Shown: in pieces, positions 34,101-41,160 of the stretch
Numbering within the stretch: position 1 is the stretch's first letter
Layout of the letters: every line of letters begins with the position of its first letter
Source of the DNA: Octopus bimaculoides
Taxonomy: Eukaryota
Assembly: GCF_001194135.2 (NCBI RefSeq)
Contig: NC_068998.1
Coordinates: 49,472,339 to 49,513,498 of the forward strand
Direction of reading: 5' to 3'
DNA length: 41,160 nt
Notes under the pieces: model-generated
Told to the model about the DNA's origin: nothing
Databases searched by the model: none
The model's input: the letters and a program-made list of their open reading frames with translations, nothing else
Translations under genes and position numbers: made by a program

Positions 34101-37100
34101 TTGTAAATTGCTCCCACTCTCTCAATCACCTCGTTTCTAGCTTTGAGAACCAACAAATTTTTGTTGGCTCCCCTTCATAAGCATGTCATTCGGTGTTTCC
34201 GTATTGGTGACTGAGCTTGGGGGTTACGTGTGGTGACTACGTGTGGGCGTGAATGCATTGATGGACTTAGTTGGCGTAGTGGTGGTTGTAGGGATGTTGG
34301 TGCTTGTATTGTTTCTGTTGAGTCCATGTTCGATGTACTGGGAGTTTCTGGGTTTTGACTAGTTGGTTTAGGTTCCTCTGTTTTCTTTTTCCTATGTCGT
34401 TTACGTTTCTTTTTGCCTTGTAAGTTTCTTTCCTGCCTTCACTACGGGATGGTGAGGGTCTAGTCTCTGGAAGATCTGTCTCGAGGTGTTAATGTGTCTG
34501 TGCTAGTCTTAACGTTTTTCTGTGAGTGTATGCTTGAGCGAGGTGGGTTAGACAGATATCCTGAGTGGTGTCCTCCATTGAATGGGGTTCTCATGCCTGT
34601 ACTGTTGCTGGAGATGAGGCTTCCGTTTCATTAAAAGATTTCGGTTGTTGCTGGTGATGCGATATTGGCTGCAGATGTGTCCGCGTACCACACATCGTTT
34701 TGGGGCAGAAGGTGTCCAGGTAGTTTGTGGGGCTACAGATGTCGCATCTGAATCACCTGCTTTCCATGACGAGACTCAGTTCCAGTCCGTTCGCAAATGG
34801 ATCTGGTCCGGGTTCTTCTCGATATCTAGTTTTACATGGATTCATATTTCGAAGTTGATCCCACACCAGTTCTCCTTGCTACTCCATTTAACGTGCAGGC
34901 GGAACTTTGGATCCTTCACGGCACAGGTGCAAATCCAGCAGACGTTTATACCCATTGGCACGCCATTTACCCAAATTCTGGTAGTTATCCTTGAGAGCCA
35001 GGTGGGATATTGGACTCACTCTTCGGTCCACCGGGCTGAGACTACCTGTCTTCGCGCGAGGTCCGCGATTTTAAAGGGGATCTCAATGCTGACAAACTGC
35101 CTCTCTATCTGTATATGCGCCACATCTATGAACATTTTTCTGTGGACTTTCTCAACATGACTGATAGAATCAATTTCAGCCGTCTTACTTCTTCTCTATT
35201 GCCTCTATTATTTCGGTACGTGCACTACCTCCTTACCTCATCAAATCTAATGATGTCTTTCACTTTTGAGAGTCCACGGGTTTTTTTGTTATTGAGTGTG
35301 ATGGCAACCATTTCTCTCGTGGTGTTCGCTACATCAACAAACATATTTGTTTTGTTTTTGTTGTTGTCGTCATCGTTGCTCTTGTCATTGTTGTTACTGC
35401 TATGCTATTGTTGATGGTGGTGGAGTTGTGGCCAATTTCCCTGTTGCCACTCTCACCACAATTGCCACCGCTATATCCTTCAGCCTTCAATTCTATCATT
35501 ATTTTTCCTCTTAACATCCGTAGCATTATTAACGAAAATACTATCGCTGCTACCACTGCCAATCCCATCGCTTTTGCTGATAGCGTATGAGATAGCGTAA
35601 AAGAGAGAACAGCATGGGAAAGTGGGCTACAGGCAATATAAGCCCACTACGCATGTAAGACACTAGGAGCTCCAACAAAAATTTTGTGATAAAGAGAAAA
35701 AAAGACATAATAATAATAAGAAGAATAGTAGTAGTAGAGGTAATAATAATAATAATAACAATAATATTAATAATTCATTCTTTATTAGACACAATGCTTA
35801 CATATAACAACATAAAATGACGTGTGACACAACATAAAACACATGGCGAGACAGTGTTTCACAGTATGTAAACATTTCAAGACAAAGAAATAAACAACAA
35901 GAATCTCCTAATAGGGGAGGCTCTTTAAAGATCCTCATGGGAAACCCCACAAAAGCTATGGGTACCTCATCAACAGGGTAAGAGCCATTCCCATTTTATT
36001 TATTCGGATGTGTACGCTCAGAATTGGTCCTTTCACACTGGCCATTCTTCTAAACTTTACCCACTTTTCAACAACCTTACTAGAAGGCAACACTTCCTTC
36101 TCCACCCTCAACTTCCTTTTAAGTGAATCTTGAAAAAGTTGATGAGGGGATTGGCCAAAGAAGAAATAGTCTGACTTTTGCCTTTTCAGACATGTTCACC
36201 ATACTACATTTTTCGCTACAGCTACCAGAAAAATAAAAACTGACTTCCTTTCCCGGCCAAAGGAAGGCAGCGGGGAAATCCACACTATGGATTCAGCTGA
36301 CNNNNNNNNNNNNNNNNNNNNNNNNNNNNNNNNNNNNNNNNNNNNNNNNNNNNNNNNNNNNNNNNNNNNNNNNNNNNNNNNNNNNNNNNNNNNNNNNNNN
36401 NNNNNNNNNNNNNNNNNNNNNNNNNNNNNNNNNNNNNNNNNNNNNNNNNNNNNNNNNNNNNNNNNNNNNNNNNNNNNNNNNNNNNNNNNNNNNNNNNNNN
36501 NNNNNNNNNNNNNNNNNNNNNNNNNNNNNNNNNNNNNNNNNNNNNNNNNNNNNNNNNNNNNNNNNNNNNNNNNNNNNNNNNNNNNNNNNNNNNNNNNNNN
36601 NNNNNNNNNNNNNNNNNNNNNNNNNNNNNNNNNNNNNNNNNNNNNNNNNNNNNNNNNNNNNNNNNNNNNNNNNNNNNNNNNNNNNNNNNNNNNNNNNNNN
36701 NNNNNNNNNNNNNNNNNNNNNNNNNNNNNNNNNNNNNNNNNNNNNNNNNNNNNNNNNNNNNNNNNNNNNNNNNNNNNNNNNNNNNNNNNNNNNNNNNNNN
36801 NNNNNNNNNNNNNNNNNNNNNNNNNNNNNNNNNNNNNNNNNNNNNNNNNNNNNNNNNNNNNNNNNNNNNNNNNNNNNNNNNNNNNNNNNNNNNNNNNNNN
36901 NNNNNNNNNNNNNNNNNNNNNNNNNNNNNNNNNNNNNNNNNNNNNNNNNNNNNNNNNNNNNNNNNNNNNNNNNNNNNNNNNNNNNNNNNNNNNNNNNNNN
37001 NNNNNNNNNNNNNNNNNNNNNNNNNNNNNNNNNNNNNNNNNNNNNNNNNNNNNNNNNNNNNNNNNNNNNNNNNCAAAATTCTCAGAGGAAAATATTTGGT

Positions 37101-37284
37101 AAAACGGGGTTACCCGAAAAGGGGGCCTTATTTCAATAAAAAAATATAAAAACTAGCTCTCTATCCGAGCAGACAGCTTGAAACAAAAATTAAACAATAA
37201 AAACAAAAGTTCAACAATTTGTGACAACGAAATTTCAAACAACTTTAGGAGCGCCAAAACGTGTAACTCACCGCAAGCAGCAGC

Positions 37285-37317
<33 letters not shown>

Positions 37318-38936
37318 AATAATAATAATAATAATACGTACACGCATTGTGCATTGACTATTGGAGATTTATAGTTAGCTCTCGTTGAATTCGTGCAATA
37401 ATCAACAGCCAAATCATCACATATGGGTAGCGCAGCAGCACCTAAAAGATTTATTGTTTCATTTACTGATAATTTGTGATACAGGGTGTATAATCGATTT
37501 GTTTCATTAAGAAAGAGCTAATACCGAAGTGTTAATGTAGAGCTAAATTCGGATTCCCATTCTCACAGTAGGCAATTATAATATGTGTTTCATGAATGAT
37601 ATCACTGTTGTTCTGATTCCGTTATAACTTCACAGGTGACGATGTCGTACGATTATTTGGTGATTCTTTACGACAAAATATTTGGAAGGTGAACATTTTT
37701 ATAATTTTGTCATAGTCTTTTATTCTTTTATTTATTTCAGTCATGTGAGTGCAGCCATGCTGGAGCACCGCCTTTAGTCGAACAAATCGAACCCACGACT
37801 TATTCTTTGTAAGCTTAGTACTTACCCTATCGGTCTCTTTTGCAGATCCGCGAAGTTATGTGGATGTAAACACAGCAACATCGGTTGTCAAGCGATAGTG
37901 GGGGGACAAGCACAAATGCACAAACATACACACACACGCACACACACACGTTTATATTTATACGAGAGGCTTCTTTCAGCATTGGCGTCTGGCGGGCTTT
38001 TGACAGGATGGAAGCGGATTGAAGGAACGCTGCTGAGTGTAACTGCGTGTCTATATACACCATGTGTATGAACATGTGGTTATGTGAATGTGTTATTGGT
38101 TTCATGTGTAAGTACGAGTATAGTGAGCGTAGTAATTTGAGTGCCTTAGTGTTCGTTGTATACGCATGCATGCTCGAACGTGTCTAAAGTGCATACGTGG
38201 TGTAGTGTGTGGAAGTATGTACGCTCTTGCGTTTGTACATAAATACTTGAGTGCATGATTGTCTGGAAAAACGTATGCCTGCTTGTGTTTTGTCTTGTGT
38301 GTGCAAGTGAGTACACACACATACATACATACATACATTCATACATACATACATACATACATACACACGCACACGCACACACATATAAATGATTTGTTTT
38401 CGGCAGATGAATGCTTAGAGTACATAAACGACTTGAAAACGAATGAGAGTTACTATCCTAAATGGTGCAATATTTCGGGATCCCCTCATTTTCTTCTAAA
38501 TATTCATGAATATAAAATATGCAGAAGTGAGTTCTATATTATTCTTATGCCATACAGACCAAAATTATTAAATAAATTCACTAATATAATCCTATTTTGC
38601 AATCAATTTATTTCGTTCATCTTTGAATATATACGAGAGCATGTATCCCTGCCCCGTAAAATTCTGTTGACTATTCTTTGAGACACTTCTTCACTACAGT
38701 TTTCACTTCCTCGTCACTGGAATAATGTTTGCTTCTCAATTCCTCTCTGAAGGCACTAAATCTGGTGAGTGTGGAGGTAGGGACGAGATGTCTCAAAGAA
38801 CAGTCAACAGAATTTTACGGGGCTGGGATAAATGCTCTCATTCTAAGGCGAAACATTGCTATTGAGAAAATCGTTGAGAAGTAGGGATGTAATCCACTGA
38901 AGACCACCTTCATTTTGATATATGATACATACATAT

Positions 38937-39005
<69 letters not shown>

Positions 39006-40351
39006 NNNNNNNNNNAATTAAGAGGGTAAAGGATTATCAATTTATTAATTAATAAATTGATAATCCTTTACCCTCTTAATTTGTAATAATTATTCACTCC
39101 CAGTTAGTATACGCAGATTCTCTGCGATATCACTTGTCGCGCACATGGTAATTTCTTGAGGGAAGGACAGTTAGACTGGCTGACCGAGGTGGATTCGGTT
39201 ATGCTTTCAGACCTGTGTCGGTGTGGAATATTAATCGTCCATGCTTACACGGTTTGCTAGCATAGTCAAATCATAGTCCAGAAACGCGACTACTGTTAAA
39301 CGTCGGAATTGGTTAGTTTTTCATTGTTTTTTTCTTCTTGTTTTTGCCTTTGTGAGTTACAAGTGATGCTATCTGTGGGATTCTCAGCTTTTTTAGCTGC
39401 TATTTCTGAACTTCGGTATATGGTGAAGCAAATATTTGCTGATCCCTTAATTATATTTATAAATATATATATATATATATACATATATACTTATAATTAC
39501 CTGCGTTGGTAATTATACCTGTCCTAAACAAGATGGCATTACTTTTTGACTCACCCTTGTACAAAAATAAAATTACATGACTTCGTTCTTAAACTGGGTA
39601 GTGATTTCTGAATTCTAGCCACACATTTGATTGTTATAAAATATTATGAACTTTCCTTAGGCTTATTAATGTTTTATTCCGTACACACCCGGTATAAATG
39701 TTCCATTTTTTTGTTCTCGTAATAATAAGGATGGATTACCCGAACGGGAACCCTGATGAAGATATATTTTTTGTCCTGATGAAGGGGTCACTGTCGATTT
39801 GGTGTTTTAATGTGTAATGGTATGCGGCAGTGGCTCTTGAAACGGCCGTAGACGTGGATTTATTCTTTAATGATTCTGTATTCCTCTTTCTTTTGGACAT
39901 GCCGATGAATGTTATCCAGGATTCTCTTTCCATTTAACAGTTTAAATATCTTATTTTTCATCGCCTCGCTATATACATTCATAATTTCTTCATATATGCG
40001 TTTCTTCTTCATACAGTTTCTTACAGGTTTTCACACATATTTTTTTATATGTGAAAATAAATGGATATTTTTATACCGTCGGTTTTCGGTGCGGTATCAT
40101 CACATGTATTTATATTCTACGGTGTGAAGATATGGATACGATTTGAAGTTGTTTGACCAATTATGTTGATTAACTTTTAACCGAATATGTTATATATAAA
40201 TATAACTTCATTTGTATGTAATCATTTAGTATATAAATATAGCTTCTCTATTTACACAGCAGATGTAAATGTTATGAAAACCAGAAAATAAAATATTTCA
40301 ATATTTCAACTTACCTGCAACGAGGAGACAAAGGAAGAATACAGTTTTCAT
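31038..40351 (-). CDS. Paralogue 4; join 40351-40315, 37441-37342, 31131-31038; 3' end unresolved
   Basis: Spliced translation MKTVFFLCLLVAGAAALPICDDLAVDYCTNSTRANYKSPIVNAQCVHWIYYYDCLVDVRIECALYFHNLYTSKCIPV; intron 2 expanded to about 6.2 kb by LINE sequence and a gap. Confidence 0.83.
32100..35560 (-). mobile_element. 3'-truncated L1/Tx1 element with ORF1 (degenerate CCHC knuckle), APE endonuclease and RT start
   Basis: CDICSPTNYLDTFCP near 34710-34750; MGCINVRVLRS...DVIATSET at 33845-33740; endonuclease C-terminal remnants 33170-33340; LDGLxFE-like and LDQSKCFD; many stops. Confidence 0.85.
35760..36300 (-). mobile_element. 3' end of an L1/Tx1 element with 3' UTR, AATAAA (35786-35781) and (TTA)n tail
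   Basis: Homologous to 6350-6620 (ORF2 C-terminus); runs into a 772-N gap. Confidence 0.8.
37342..37441 (-). CDS. Paralogue 4 exon 2 (GAAALPICDDLAVDYCTNSTRANYKSPIVNAQC-V)
   Basis: Acceptor aaatcttttag, donor gtacgt, 100 nt, open. Confidence 0.85.
38639..38835. repeat. Inverted repeat (47-bp arms 38639-38685 and 38789-38835, 3 mismatches), MITE-like hairpin
   Basis: gcatgtatccctgccccgtaaaattctgttgactattctttgagaca versus the reverse complement of the right arm. Confidence 0.85.
39016..39081. repeat. Perfect 66-bp palindrome
   Basis: 33-bp arm aattaagagggtaaaggattatcaatttattaa is directly followed by its reverse complement; abuts a 10-N gap. Confidence 0.9.
40315..40351 (-). CDS. Paralogue 4 exon 1 (MKTVFFLCLLVA)
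   Basis: 37 nt, CAG|gtaagt consensus donor. Confidence 0.85.
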
Positions 40352-40861
40352 GGCTTTTCGTTTATGCGTTAAACTAAACGAATGGTGCTACGGCAATCAA
40401 CAATGTTATATTCTTACATATAATGGCATACAGTGTAACATATGTCAGGCACCAGCAAAACAAAACTAGGCAATTCAATTAAGACTGTCATATTAAATTA
40501 CAGAGCGACAGTAGTTCGTTCGCCTGAATAATTAACAGCCGAATAACGATCTATACGTGGATACAGAAGTGAAAATTTAACAGTTGAACATTTATTTCTC
40601 TTTTTAGAAAATTATATAACTTATAGTCAATAAACTGAAGCATAATTCCTTTGTCCTACTTTTATATTCATTCGGTTTCGCAATTACAGTGCGACCATGC
40701 TGGGTCACCATAAAGAAGTCTTTAGTGAAACAAATCGTTGTTAGTACTTATATTTTTAGACTTGTACTGACTCTATTGTCTCTTCATTTATATACTCTAC
40801 TTCAAATCTCTTGCTGATCAAATGAATCATAGTTTAAATGAAAAATTCAGTCCTTGTTGCA

Positions 40862-40912
<51 letters not shown>

Positions 40913-41160
40913 GTTCAGTAGTTTTATTTTTATAACGTGCTTTCACTTCACTGCCGAGCGCAGCTCTGTGCGCCTTGGGTATGTGCTGTGGTTTGCTGTG
41001 GTGCTCTTATGTTTACTGTATTGAAAGTGTTTTGCGTAAAATGTGTGCAGTACCCAGTAGTGCAATTTTCTGTATGTTATATATATTTGTAAGTCCTGGT
41101 GTTTTTGTTATGTATTTGTCTGAATATTTTTTCATTATACCTAAGGCACCTACTATGATA

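Larger units (their letters stand above)
38634..39559. mobile_element. TA-flanked composite insertion with a mariner-like right terminus
   Basis: Interrupts block C at a TA (TA at 38632-33 and 39560-61); right end reverse-complements to CAAGGGTGAGTCAAAAAGTAATG, resembling mariner TIRs; left TIR not recognisable beyond a few bases. Confidence 0.4.

Noticed and set aside
4020-40127. Many ORF-track entries with poly-C/I/L/Y/N/HT/VC runs or X runs
   Set aside because: Translations of microsatellites and N gaps, or antisense frames of LINE fragments.
2279-40351. Assignment to known expanded cephalopod families (chemotactile receptors, protocadherins, C2H2 ZNF, IL-17-like, reflectins, S-crystallins) or to Aplysia attractin
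   Set aside because: Size, exon structure and Cys spacing match none of them as I recall; no gene symbol assigned.
1-41160. CRISPR array, rRNA, tRNA genes or prokaryotic operon
   Set aside because: None seen; the repeats are kb-scale segmental units or simple repeats, and tRNA-like motifs belong to decayed SINE heads.

Overview
Eukaryotic, AT-rich, microsatellite- and TE-dense DNA with N gaps. It is most likely an octopus (cephalopod) scaffold, inferred from tRNA-derived SINEs I recognise as octopus-type, Tx1/L1 and R4/Dong LINE debris, and composition. The ORF track shows no intact gene, but the window is a tandem segmental array of about 8-11 kb units. Each unit carries a minus-strand, multi-exon gene for a small secreted protein. 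I assembled four paralogues by hand from phase-compatible GT-AG exons: a 37-nt signal-peptide exon (MKTxxFxxLLxx), a 97-106-nt exon 2 and a 94-nt exon 3. All four share the framework C-x7-C-x15/16-C-x2-W-x5-C-x7-C-x11-C-x-P. The mature-peptide exons are far more diverged between copies (59-68% nt identity in the two pairs counted, nearly all changes non-synonymous, no stops) than the neighbouring intron (about 90% in the pair counted). That is the signature of diversifying selection seen in toxin, immune and reproductive gene families. I do not recognise the family. The 3' end (exon 4 onward) is unresolved and candidates are given. The array also holds a dead duplicate of exon 1, orphan unit fragments, probable gene-conversion tracts and many retroelement fragments. 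No database or alignment tool was run; all identities are hand counts or estimates by eye.
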